From Leptogorgia sarmentosa (Eukaryota): a stretch of DNA of 64,000 nucleotides. Position 1 is the stretch's first letter; each line of letters begins with the position of its first letter. The position numbers and the translations under genes were made by a program. The notes beneath the pieces are model-generated. The model was given only the letters and a program-made list of their open reading frames with translations. It had not been told where the DNA came from and did not search any database. This document shows positions 51,054 to 63,350 of this stretch, piece after piece. The stretch is taken from contig OZ210885.1 of NCBI GenBank assembly GCA_964658305.1, forward strand, positions 24,862,001 to 24,926,000, given 5' to 3'.

Positions 51054-52067
51054 TTTTTTTGGGTCACGGATTTAACATTTTCAAAGTTCGAACTATTTGA
51101 ACAATATAAAGTTTTAAATTTTTAATTTGTCTTCCATATTGATACTTTGATATATTTAGTGCATAGTCTTGTTGAAAATAAAATTTGCTGTTATCTATCT
51201 CACCTATAATTATCAGTAGGAACGTTTTCGATGCCAAATTACCCCCCCCCCCCTTTTTTTGCATAAAATGCAAATCTAGTAAAATTTTGTCCTATTTAGT
51301 AAAATTTGAGCAAAGCTTTAGTAAATTCCGCTGACCAACATCTGGTCACACTGTCTTGGAATTTTAATTAAAACGATGTGGCTTTGAAATTAATTAAAAC
51401 GATGTGGCTTTGAAATTATTGCGTTGTTGTGGATATGGTTATGTGTGATGATGTTTCGATTGGATCGCATGGCGTGTGCAGGTTAAACATTGGGTGAGAA
51501 TCGTTTGTTATTTTATTATATTGTTCTATTGATCTTTTGTGTTATTGATTACTTAGTATATAGTGTTTAAATATCTAAAATAAGGTTTTGATATGTACAA
51601 TACTGGTACGTGCAGGTGTAGTACTAGATTATGTGTTGGATCATTTCAATATCTTGTGTGAGAGAGGTTTGTGTTAAACATTGTGTGTGTGTGGTGGGAA
51701 ATCCCACATAGTGATAATGCATGCTGTGTGCTTGTGTGAATCTGGATGTGGGTGCCTTCCCACTGTTCATAGGATGTAGAAATTTGCAAATTTAGAAATT
51801 AACCCTTAATTGTTCTGGTAGTTGTATCAACAACCACGATCAATTGGATAAATGTGTCCAAATCAAATCACACCCTTTCCCAAAACCCAATCCTGACCCC
51901 AACCGATCCATCCCAAGTCATAAAACTACACCTTAAAGCCAACCCCCATCCAAATCCTGCACCTAAACCCTTAGACCATCATCATGCCTGCTTCCACTTG
52001 CACAACTCCAACTTCCCCTTTTCCTTCTACGCCCCATGATCGTTCCAAGAGGAAGCACCACACAATG

Positions 52068-52660
52068 CAACTACCACCGATCCCCTCAATCGAAATCTAA
52101 CCCAAACCCTAAACCTGACCCTAACCACCTCCAACCTAAATGGATCCCTGTCGTCACCCAATCCTTAATCTGACCCTAACCAATCAAATCCGAACCCCTT
52201 GGAAGTGGTTAGTGTTAGATTAAGGATTGGGTTTGGGTTATGTTGAGGGTGTGTTTAGGGGTTAGGGTGGAATTGGTTAGGGGCAGATTAATGATTGGGT
52301 GGGGGTTTTGTTGAGGGTGTGTTTGAGGGTTAGGGTGGAATTGGTTAGGGTCAGGTTAAGGATTGGGTTGGGGTTATGTCGAGGGTGTGTTTAAGGGTTA
52401 GGGTGGAATTGGTTAGGGTCAGATTAAGGATTGGGTTGGGGTTATGTTGAGGGTGTGTTTAAGGGTTAGGGTGGGATTAAGGATTGGGTTAGGATTATGT
52501 CGAGGGTGTGTTTAAGGGTTAGGGTGGAATTGGTTAGGGTCAGATTAAGGATTGGGTTTGGGTGAGGACAGGGGTCCATTTAGGTTGGAGGTGGTTAGGG
52601 TCAGGTTTAGGGTTTGGGTTGGGGTTAGATTTCGATTGAGAGGATCGGTGGTAGTTGTCC
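52068..52660. mobile_element. Foldback element with telomere-like repeats (Mutator/Rehavkus-like)
   Basis: ~115-bp inverted arms CAACTACCACCGATC.../...GATCGGTGGTAGTTG enclosing ~5 copies of a 68-bp unit containing GGGTTAGGG; TSD not found. Confidence 0.6.
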
Positions 52661-53310
52661 ATACTGGAAAGTTTGTATGTTACGCCAAATATCTTTGGCG
52701 TAACGGAAGTGCATTTACGCCAAATTTTGGCGTAATTGATTGACTAAAATTCCCGTCCTTTGCTTTGGCGTGGCGTAAAAGCGTCAATTTTAGCTGCAAT
52801 CGTACACAAAATATTTGAGACAAACCCCCCTCTCCCCCAGCTTCAGTGTTGTTTTTATCATGCATGCGATTTATTGCCAATTTCTACGTTGGAAACTCAG
52901 CGCCATTGCGTTGGAATGACTGGTGATTAATATAATTGTTCAATAACATCAAGAACTTGGTTACAACATTGAAATTTGGGGGGAAGGGGCTGTTTTTGGA
53001 AAGTCTCAATATATTTTGTGGGCGATTGTGGATAAAATGTTGGCGTCGCGTAATTCAGGAAAAAGGTTATACCTTCCTTGATAAATGTTGTTATGGGCAA
53101 AATATCGTGGATTTGCGCGTTATGCTGATCGGCAGTGTTAACTGTCAAATATTGAAATTTTTGTTTTATAATGTGCGTAAACCTCGCGCACGTGATTTTC
53201 CTGTCGTTCAATTTGTCGGTCTCGGCCGACGCCTTCCGACGCCGAGTCGCCGTAAAATAAATAAAATATGTTGAAAACAACTGCCAGTCTGCCACTTCGC
53301 AAGGCCATTA

Positions 53311-55400
53311 ATTATCACTTATTTACTGAGACCGAGGGAAACATTTAACACTTATTGACTGGGCCCAAGGGAAACAGTGTGTTTTGTGGACCCGAGACCG
53401 TTGATGTTTCCCGAGGCGAAGCCGAGGGAAACATCGATGGTCGAGGGTCCACAAAACACACTGGTTTCCCGAGGGCCCAGTCAATAAGTGCTTTATTATT
53501 ATACCAATCGTCAAAGAAACGACAAAATAAAGCGGAACAAGTGAACAAGAATGCACGAAATATTTTATTCTTAAAATATTAATTATCACTTATTTACTGA
53601 GACCGAGGGAAACATTGTGTTTTGTGGCCCCGAGACTGCCGTTGTTGCCCGAGGCGAAGCCGAGGGCAACAATGGCGGTCGAGGGGCCACAAAACACAAT
53701 GTTTCCCGAGGTTTCAGTAAATAAGTGTTTTGTTATATAGTTTAGTGTCAAAATATGAATGAATTCACCGGTTTAATACTGGAGTGAACTTTGAAACCAA
53801 AAAACAGACATTGAATGGGACGCCTTACGCCATCAAAACATCGTAAAAATTTCAAAACATCGTACGATTGAATGAACTTTGGACTTCACGGTTGACGCGC
53901 ATGCGCATTGTGCCCATTTAATTGTTGCCCGGTCAATAATTTTTTGATTTTTGACCGGTTGGCGAACATGACGTTTTGTGGACCGGCACGTGATACGGTT
54001 TTGTCCAATCAGCAAACAGGAAAATTGAACTTTGACACCAACTATATAACAAATAAAATTAAAGCATTAGCAGGTCGTCCAAAGGTCGCGTCTTCACGTG
54101 ATGGCGCACGTGATTTTTTGTTGTTGTTCACCGGTGAATAACGTATTATCTCCCTCTTGCTGATGCGAGGGAGACAGTCTAATTTCGTCACTCTCACGTG
54201 ATACGCTCTCGACCAATGAAACACAAGAAAAGGGAAACTTTGACGATTGGTATATAATATTGTTATATAGTTGGTGTCAAAGTTCAACTTTCCTGTTTGC
54301 TGATTGGACAAAACCGTATCACGTGCCGGTCCACAAAACGTCATGTTCGCCAACCGGTCAAAAATCAAAAAATTATTGACCGGGCAACAATTAAATGGGC
54401 ACAATGCGCATGCGCGTCAACCGTGAAGTCCAAAGTTCATTCAATCGTACGATGTTTTGAAATTTTTACGATGTTTTGATGGCGTAAGGCGTCCCATTCA
54501 ATGTCTGTTTTTTGGTTTCAAAGTTCACTCCAGTATTAAACCGGTGAATTCATTCATATTTTGACACTAAACTATATAACAAAACACTTATTTACTGAAA
54601 CCTCGGGAAACATTGTGTTTTGTGGCCCCTCGACCGCCATTGTTGCCCTCGGCTTCGCCTCGGGCAACAACGGCAGTCTCGGGGCCACAAAACACAATGT
54701 TTCCCTCGGTCTCAGTAAATAAGTGATAATTATTATATACCAATCGTCAAAGTTTCTCTTTTCTTGTGTTTCATTGGTCGAGAGCGTATCACGTGAGAGT
54801 GACGAAATTAGACTGTCTCCTTCGCATCAGCAAGAGAGGGAGATAATACGTTATTCACCGGTGAACAACAACAAAAAAATCACGTGCGCCATCACGTGAA
54901 GACGCGACCTTTGGACGACCTGCTAATGCATTAATTTAATTTAATATTTTAAGAATAGAATATTTCGTGCATTCTTGTTCACTTGTTCCGCTTTATTTTG
55001 TCGTTTCTTTGACGATTGGTATATAATAAAGCACTTATTGACTGGGCCCTCGGGAAACCAGTGTGTTTTGTGGACCCTCGACCATCGATGTTTCCCTCGG
55101 CTTCGCCTCGGGAAACATCGACGGTCTCGGGTCCACAAAACACACTGTTTCCCTTGGGCCCAGTCAATAAGTGTTAAATGTTTCTCGAGGTTTCAGTAAA
55201 TAAGTGTTTTGTTATATAGTTTAGTGTCAAAATATGAATGAATTCACCGGTTTAATACTGGAGTGAACTTTGAAAACAAAAAACAGTGACAGCAGTCGAC
55301 ATTTTACTAAATTTCAAAACATCGTACGATTGAATGAACTTTGGACTTCACGGTTGACGCGCATGCGCATTGTGCCCATTTAATTGTTGCCCGGTCAATC
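53311..55400. repeat. Complex inverted cluster of CGAG/GCGAAGC hairpin repeats
   Basis: Inverted pairs 53581-54051/54260-54732, 54052-54258/54735-54940 and 53340-53580/54941-55180; partial copy 55186-55400; four ~140-nt hairpins. Confidence 0.88.
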
Positions 55401-55541
55401 AACACATCCTCAGTACTAGATTACCAATAATAGGTATATGTCAAATGCTCCTAAATTACCATTTATTGGCAATACAACGTGCATCGGTGGCTTCGGACCC
55501 AGGACACTACGATTGCAAATGCCGCGGATGCGTGTTTCAAA

Positions 55542-58500
55542 ATGGCGACCGCTAAAGGAGAGGGAAAGCGTCGTAGATCCAAACCAACACAAAGTTTGGA
55601 AGCTAGCCTTGAAGAATTACAAAAAGTGGCTAAGAATTTCAAGACATCTAAGCCTAAAAAATTAACAAAGTTTTTTAATTCGTATGATGGTTCTGGTAAA
55701 AAGGTTCCATCGGGCAAAGGGTATAAATATCGATCGACGGCCGAACGTGCTTCAAAACAACGCGTTGCAAAATCTACTCCGATAGAAGGTAGCTCTGAAT
55801 ATATAGTAGGTTCCTACTTAGAACTGTACATATGGAATTATATGTGACGATGATGTTCATTTAACTTTGTAGACGACCCATCTGAGTTATATATGGAAGA
55901 AGAATCTTCAAGTTCAAGCGGCGTGGAGACAGCAACAGGTCTGAATTGTTTTTTTTTATTATAATCCTTGTTCAGGCTGTTCAACTGAAAGATTAAAAAC
56001 GTAGACCCCTTTCTTATAAGCATTAATCTTAATCCATACTTGAGTCAGTTACTTTGTGCAATTGCTAGCTACGTAGGTTAGAAAAACATGTTTTTCCCCT
56101 GCAGACTGCAGTGCACAACTGCCACAACACATACTGTAGCAGCAACTGAACACCATATTGGAGCTGCAAATTGTTCAGGATTAACTGCGAGTGCGAGCTG
56201 TAAATAGAAAATGCAAGTTTTCCAACCTAGTGTACAAGGTCTTTGTCAAATATTTTTCAGAAAGTCTAAGTGACTGTATTGAGGCATGCAATCAAATGAC
56301 AGAAGAGATGGAATCCAATAGTCTGTCAGCATGGACAAAAAGAATGATGTCAGTTGATGCAAGCTGGGAAAGCAGTAGATCATCCATATTTGATGCCCTT
56401 CTTAGAAGCCATGCTGTCCCTTCTCCTGATGCAACTTGCTTTTCATGTCATGAAGGACATGCAGTAATAAGATGTCATCAATGTGGACCAAGGGTTTTAC
56501 TGTGCTCGGCCTGTGACGAGAAGATTCATGAAACAAACACCCTACATGACCGTGATGTTTGGATGAATGGATTTTTTCAAGCAGTTCCTCCTACGACAAT
56601 TGTATTAGAAGATGGCTCCTTAGGATTTGTTAGTAAGTTAAATTAAATTCCATTGTAAATATTACTGTAAAATAATGAAAATGAGGCTGTCGGTTGCATT
56701 TTTTAAATTTTTGACACAGGAAATGTGTGGTCATCGACTCACTCCCTTTTTCATTTGGGTAACTCTTTTATGATACCGGTACATGAAGTTGAATGATGTA
56801 GAATGTACTGTATAAAAGAAGAGAATTATGTAAGCGCAAAAGAGATTTGTATGTGTAGAGACAAAAATCCAGTGCACTTGAAAATATCAACTATTTAAAG
56901 GAAATTTTTTTGGTGACAAGAATGCTTGCAGTTAGACAAAATTTTCTCATTTATATTGTTTGATATTTTATTCTTGTTAATAGAAAGATGTCCACCTTTT
57001 GCCCTATGTAAGATGTGTTTGTTCTGCAAGGAAAAAGATACAATTGTTTCAGTTCCCTTGGATGAGTCTTGCATAGTTGTAACTTCTAGAGGTACGTAAG
57101 TATATGAATAATTGAAAAAATTTTCATGATTAAAGTGAAGCATAGTATCATATTGAGCTACATTATGAATTTGCTTTAATAGTCTACATTTTGTGAATAT
57201 TGCTAAGAAGGACAAAGGATTAAAAAGACGAACCATAATTATTTGTGAATTTAGCTTAGAAGGACAAATGATTAAAAAAGACCAACCATAATTATAATTT
57301 CCAGCATTTTTAAAATCCTGATTCTTAAATTTTAGGACGGTATGACTTGTTTCACTGCATGTATCAGTGTGGCAACTGTGAGCAGCAATATTCACCTTTA
57401 TCTTTGGATAAATTGATCGGTGAAGGATATTGGCCTGGAAGTCCAAACCAGTTCAACCAAGTTTTTTCAGACGATTTGTTTCGTCTTTGGGATTCTGTAA
57501 GGAAGCACATGCCAGGAACGTCTGAATCAGCATTTATTAGATCGCTGGGGACCATTTCAAGCGAAAAGGGCAGGGTATGCTTTTTTGAATTGTGCTTTTT
57601 AACCCATTACAATGTACATGTAGCTGATAACACAGTTACACCCAATATCCACCCTAGTATTTTACTCTCTCAAGGGTGTTTAGTTTACCAGTTGGTGGAA
57701 TGTTGAATGTGGATGCATTTTACTATAGTTGTGCACACAATTTTTGTTAATTACAATGAGATTATACATGCTGATTGGTCAATATGCCTGTTTGAATCAG
57801 GCCATCCAAAGTACGGTACAAACTTGCCTAAATTTATTTAGATGTTGCTTCAGTTGAGAAAAGCTAAGAAGCCAATTGCCTGCTGCCTAAGATTTCTCAG
57901 CTTTTTTCAACTCTCACAACATCCTAGTGTGTTTGGATCAGGCCATCCAAACCTGGAAACCATTAGGTTATTCTTTATTGTGATTTCAACCACTCATTGT
58001 GTTCATTATAAACCCAGATAAATTTGGATGCTTTTCTGTGTGACCTATTCAGTCAAGGTAACAAGAATATTCATTTTGCTGCAACAAGTTTGAATTTTTG
58101 AAAAATATATTTCTGTAGTCATCTACAATCAATGTGACAGTATTTCACCGGGCATTCAAGGAATGGTGTTTTGCTGTACATGAGATAGAAGCCATACAAG
58201 GAAAGAACTGGATGGAGTGTCCATGTTGTTTTCAACACCAGCATTCTTGCCATGTGGATGGAAATGCTAAATTGTATAGATATAGTTGTGTTCCAAGGTA
58301 CTGTTAATATACTGTTTTATTAAACTAGCATGCTTTCACCATTGTGCAGTGAAATTTTAAAAGGTTCTGTCAGTTATATTCTCCTATGTATAATAATACA
58401 TTCTACATTCTTATAATTTTGCAGAGGTGAGCGAGGCTGTTATTATGGGAACCTGTTTGTAGAAGAAAAAGAAGCTGTTGATGCTCATTTAGAAAATGTC

Positions 58501-61500
58501 TATTCATCAGGTTCATCAAAGGTATACTGCTTTTCTAATACAATTAAATTAACCACTTGATGAATGCACTCCTACACTTTCTACTTGTATCTATAATTAT
58601 ATTTTTTATGTATTTCAGAAAACCTCTGCAAATTCTTATTGTGGGACAGCTAACTGGAAAGCAGCAAGAAATACAGCAAATGCGAGGTCAAAATTAGATG
58701 AAACTGGGCTTGAGGTTGCTGGTTGCCGACATGCGCTCGCTCAAGGGGCTGTTAATATGTACCAAGGAGAATTGTTTGGCTACACACATTATCTTCAGGT
58801 TAACAGACTGGTTCCACAAGGTGTCATGTTTTTATGGCAGGATGTTGTGTGCAAATACTGGCCATGGTTCACTTCACTTCCTGAAGAACTTTCTCCCCAA
58901 GAGACATTCCTTATGAAACCTGCACTTTCAATTATGCATGGAAAAGCACACATCTGGTCTTGTCAGGTGATTGTGGCTGTATAATAACGACTACTATAGC
59001 AAGGCATATATAGAACCATGTGTGTGTGACCATATGACGATTGATATTAGAAGCTATTGATGTAGGGCCCAAGAAGAATATTTTTTACTTGAACTTCCTT
59101 ATCATGGATACAATACTGATTATAAGCTTTTCAATACTTCTTCATTTAGGTCACATGGGGTGGGCGGTGGCAAGAAGGTAGTGCATATACAACAGGCGAG
59201 GAGGTGGAGCAAATTAACAGCTACATATCAAGACTTGGATCCACGACGAAGTATATGAATGCTGCAGGTATTCATTATAAATTGTATATAAATTATATAT
59301 TACATATAGGTATTCATTATAAATTGTATATAAATTATATATTACATATATACAGATGTTTTGCAGGATCAAACTACAAAACTTGAAATGTATAACAAAA
59401 ATATTTGCTATTAGTAAAACTTCGACTAGATCTACTAACAAACTACAAACGTCGCCATTGTAGGTAGCGCATCAGAATATCAATAAGCAGCAAAAGTTCT
59501 ACTCACTATCTAAACGATACAAAAAGTTTCGACGTTTCGAGCGAAGGCCCTTCATCGGGAATTAGTAGTAGGGTCGGGGGAAAAACGCATTTGTTTTATA
59601 TAAGTGAATATATTAAAACAACACGTGACAAAGTAAAAACCAACCAACCAGATGGATTTGATAAAAAACAAGTGTAAACAAAAAATGAACGAGTTTTGAA
59701 CGATCCTTGTTGCTTGTTGATATATCTACTAACCCTAGTAATCCTAAAATTTTCATATTATTATTGAAATTTTGCAGGGCGCAATGAAGCACTTACAGAA
59801 CATGTTATGTACTGGAACAAACAAAAGGTTCTAAAGCTCCATTTAAGTTTGTCAAAGAGATATGTTGAGGTATACAGTACTTAGTTTTCACAGTTTTGCT
59901 ACTGTAGTATTTTCATTATAATTTAATTCCTATTCAATTGGCTATCTTTCTAGGTTAAAAAAATGTTGGATTCCAATAAAGAAGAACTCAGGAAAGAAAT
60001 GGATGCAATTGGTAGCCTTAACCAGCTAGAAGGAGATCACGTAGAAAATTGGAGAAAAGCAATGGTCAGATGTGGAAGACGTATGTATTCATTGTACAGT
60101 CTATTGCGTTTCATCATCTCTAAAGCAAAGGATAGTTAAGTTAATTGAGCTAGAAAATACAACACAATTGAAACTGAGGCATAGGTAAATTTTACTCTTC
60201 GCTTGTATTTTGCACTCATCAACAGGCTGATCGTCGAACCACTGGAAATCATTGGTTTGTATTTTCTACAGCTTTTCTTACCATGTTATATTTTAAGCAA
60301 GATAGATGTTAGTTAATTTGCCTGTTTCGGATTGCAGGTATTCAACTTGGAGAAGACGTGGTAAGCAAGGACGAAAGTGATTTGATGCAATATTATCAAC
60401 TCACAATTGAAATTGCTGAAGCGAATTCTCTCAAACCTTTTGTGGAAGAAGCTCGTGATGGTGTAGGCACTGCGCTCGTTACCGGAAATGATGCACTTTT
60501 CAAGCAAGCACTACAAAAGCAGGAGGAAATTGAAAGGAAAAATGGATTGGTTGAGAAACTGGAATCACGTTTGGGCATTCGTGGATGTGAAAGGTAAAAG
60601 GCGAAAGCTTTTGAAGATGGACTGCGACTTTTGGCTTCTAAGAAACGCAAGCACGTTCGCGAAGAAGTTGAAATGCTGAGTTTTTCCATTTCCCAGAGAG
60701 TAAAGAATATAAGTCGTTTGGCAGGTAGATATGTGACATTCTACGTGTTATTATTTCGAAATGAATATTCCGTATTAGTATAATTACATACAGTTGGTGA
60801 TTATTCAGAATTCTTAACGCTGATTGGCTGCCCTTGGGTGATTATTAGTTATTACACGATAATCACCTAATGCGTTTTATTTTTCAGAATGGCTGGTAGC
60901 CTTCTCAGTATGTAATGCGTCTCTAGTATTGATACAGCTGTTGATATCATCTCTTTGCAGATTCTTCTAAACAGAGATCAAGGCTACGCAGTAAGAACTC
61001 AAGCGAAAAAAAGAAACTAGAAGATTTGGTTACTCAAATGAACATGGTGAACAACGTGTTGGGTGAAACAGAAGATCACCTTAATTTTGACCAGGCTCTA
61101 AATGGCCATTTTCCATGGATAAATGGAGAAGATAATGATGGTATTTTTTCGCATAGTCTGACTCAATGTTATCATATTATAACAAAATTAACTACTGCAA
61201 ATAGTTTATACTGTAGTCTAATGTTTCTTTTATTAGATAAAGTGCCATTGCGAGCAAAGAGAAAGGCTGTTGAGATATACCTGACTGGAAAACGACTGGA
61301 AGAGGAGATTTTGCTTTTGGAGAAGGAAATGATCCGATTTCTTTGTTATTACCGAGATAAAGTTATTCCAGATCTCTCCTCTCGTTTAGATTCCCTGAAC
61401 GGTATGTTTATATTAAAATGTGTAGAACGAGGAATAAGACTAATACAAATTTAGAAATAGTACCAGAAAGTGCCAGAAATAGTTCTGTCATACTCATATA

Positions 61501-62087
61501 AATTATAATTTCTTGCTAAGATGATGTGCGAACTGATGATTTCAATGATTCCGTGACCGATTGTGAACGGTGCATTGAGGTACGTTGAGTAGATCAATAA
61601 TCTGACCATTCTACATGTAGCTATTTATCAGTCTCTTTTTCTCCTGTTTCTTCGTTTTGTTCTTGTATTGGTTCTCGCCGTTCATGTTTCCGTACAATAT
61701 ACTGTATTTAATATGTGATGGGCGGTAGTATTTGTTTTTGTTTCTATTGCTGATTTTTTTTTCAATAAATTAATTTAAGCTTATTATTCGATTATTTGAC
61801 GTTTCCACTTGATTTGTTAGGGAAAATACAAATCAACGAAATCAAGCATACAGGCATTGCATGGGGAAAGAGCTCTTATTAAAGCGGGTATCTATGTCAG
61901 CAAAACGCGGTTAAAAGAAGGAACAATATTTTTTAAACACATCGCGGAGGGTACAATTAGTGAGCTAGATCTTTCGATCCTTGAAGATGAAGATGAAATG
62001 AAGGATGAAGATGAAATGAAGGAAGAAGATGACGAGGAGGACGAGGAAATCGAGGTGGAGGAAGAGGAAGTGTGGGTGGAGGCCTAA
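55542..62087 (+). pseudogene. KDZ/Zisupton-type transposase gene B with N-terminal CxC zinc clusters, ~16 exons, one in-frame stop
   Basis: ATG at 55542. Exons include 56261-56631 (CFSC...CHQC...CSACD...H..LH), 57336-57573 (GYWPGSP), 58119-58297 (HVDGNAKLYRY), 58425-58521, 58619-58966 (LDETGLEVAGCRH...QDVVCKYWP...HGKAHIWSCQ), 59150-59267 (TTGEEVEQINS), 59778-59869, 59954-60081, 60338-60724 (TAA at 60595-60597), 60961-61141, 61237-61401 and 61821-62087 (acidic tail). Confidence 0.87.
59528..59562 (-). ncRNA. Minimal hammerhead-ribozyme-like motif (Penelope-type remnant)
   Basis: Minus strand TTC-CCGATGA-AGGGC-CTTC-GCTC-GAAACGTC-GAA; the core differs from CUGANGA by one U-to-C change. Confidence 0.55.
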
Positions 62088-63161
62088 ATCCAGCGACAAT
62101 CCACGCGAGTGAGTGGGTGTATGTGACCCGCATTATGGATGTGGAACATTCGAATGTTCCACTTCGCGTAACATAAAGATGCTATGTAGCTAGGTTCCAA
62201 TTCGGAGGAAATTAAGTGTGTTTCGCTTGTTAGGCACCATCAATTAGCTATATATTCTTGAGTTCCTGGGAAATGAGTGATTTACTATATTTCGAAAAAC
62301 AAAAATGTTAATTGTGGTAATTTTCATTGAAGATGACAGTACGATGATTGTTTTACTGAGACGGTTGGAATAACAATTAACAAGAATCATGCAGGGTCAT
62401 ATAGCTAGACAATGAATGGGAAGGGGGTGTACAGGGTGCATAAAAAAGACTAGTCTTTGAAATTCAAATTAGTTATTGTATTGAATTCATCTGACAAGCA
62501 TAAATGCCTCGAATCATTTAGCGAGCCTCAAAACAAAAAATTTTCTACTCAAGCGTCATTAACTCCATGGAGTTCAAACCAATCGGATCACAATAATATT
62601 TCATGACTAATTTCAATTTCAAAGATTAGCCTATTTTTATATTATACACCGTGGATACTCATTTATGGCTGCATGTTCTACCGGACAAATTTCTTCTGAG
62701 ATAAAATGATTATATGAACATACAGCTTCCAAATAGCGTTCTAGCTACGGTCCTGACAACAATGATAACACGTAAGTCAGTGAGTTGCCAAGTTTTTACA
62801 AACATTGTAATATATCATTATTTCTACGTTTATATATTTTATGACGTTAATTATTTTCCTTCGACGTTGTCTTGGTAGAACAGGAAGAACCGAATTTATG
62901 AATTTCCTGTTAAGGGTTCGGTTCCCTTTCTACGTAATGTTATACAGGGTGTACCAGAAAAGTGCAAAGATAAATTAAATGGTAAAGAGTACGATCGATT
63001 TTCTGTTCTGGGGAATTTAAGAGAGCTTCATAAATTCTGAAATTCTGTACTCGTGGGTTCAACTTTGTGCTGGGTATATTAAAACTTTAACAATAAATAA
63101 ATTACTTTGAAAAGGTCAGTGGGTTTCAACTTGAAAGGGAATAGCCTATTTTGGTATTATG

Positions 63162-63350
63162 TTATTATATAAAACAAATAATGAATGTTTTTATTCGTGC
63201 AATGGTAGGAATATTTTCTTAATTTCATTCGGTGAAATATGGGATGTTCCATTTAACTCGGCCTCGCCTCGTTGAATAGATCATTCCATCTTTCACCTCA
63301 TGAAAATATTCTTACCATTGCACTCATAAACATTCACTATTTGTATAATA
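63162..63350. repeat. Small imperfect-palindrome repeat with CTCGGCCTCGCCTCG apex
   Basis: GTGCAATGGTAGGAATATTTTC pairs with GAAAATATTCTTACCATTGCAC; the apex resembles the GCGAAGC family. Confidence 0.6.

Noticed and set aside
52200..52630. True telomere or telomere-fusion site
   Set aside because: Degenerate 68-bp units inside inverted arms, not pure (TTAGGG)n.
52663..52800. Left terminus of the KDZ B element (TTACGCCAAA repeats)
   Set aside because: No matching inverted partner or TSD within the window.
53323..55555. Repeated short ORFs (MTGPKGNS..., MCPFNCC..., MLIGQNR...)
   Set aside because: By-products of non-coding inverted repeats.
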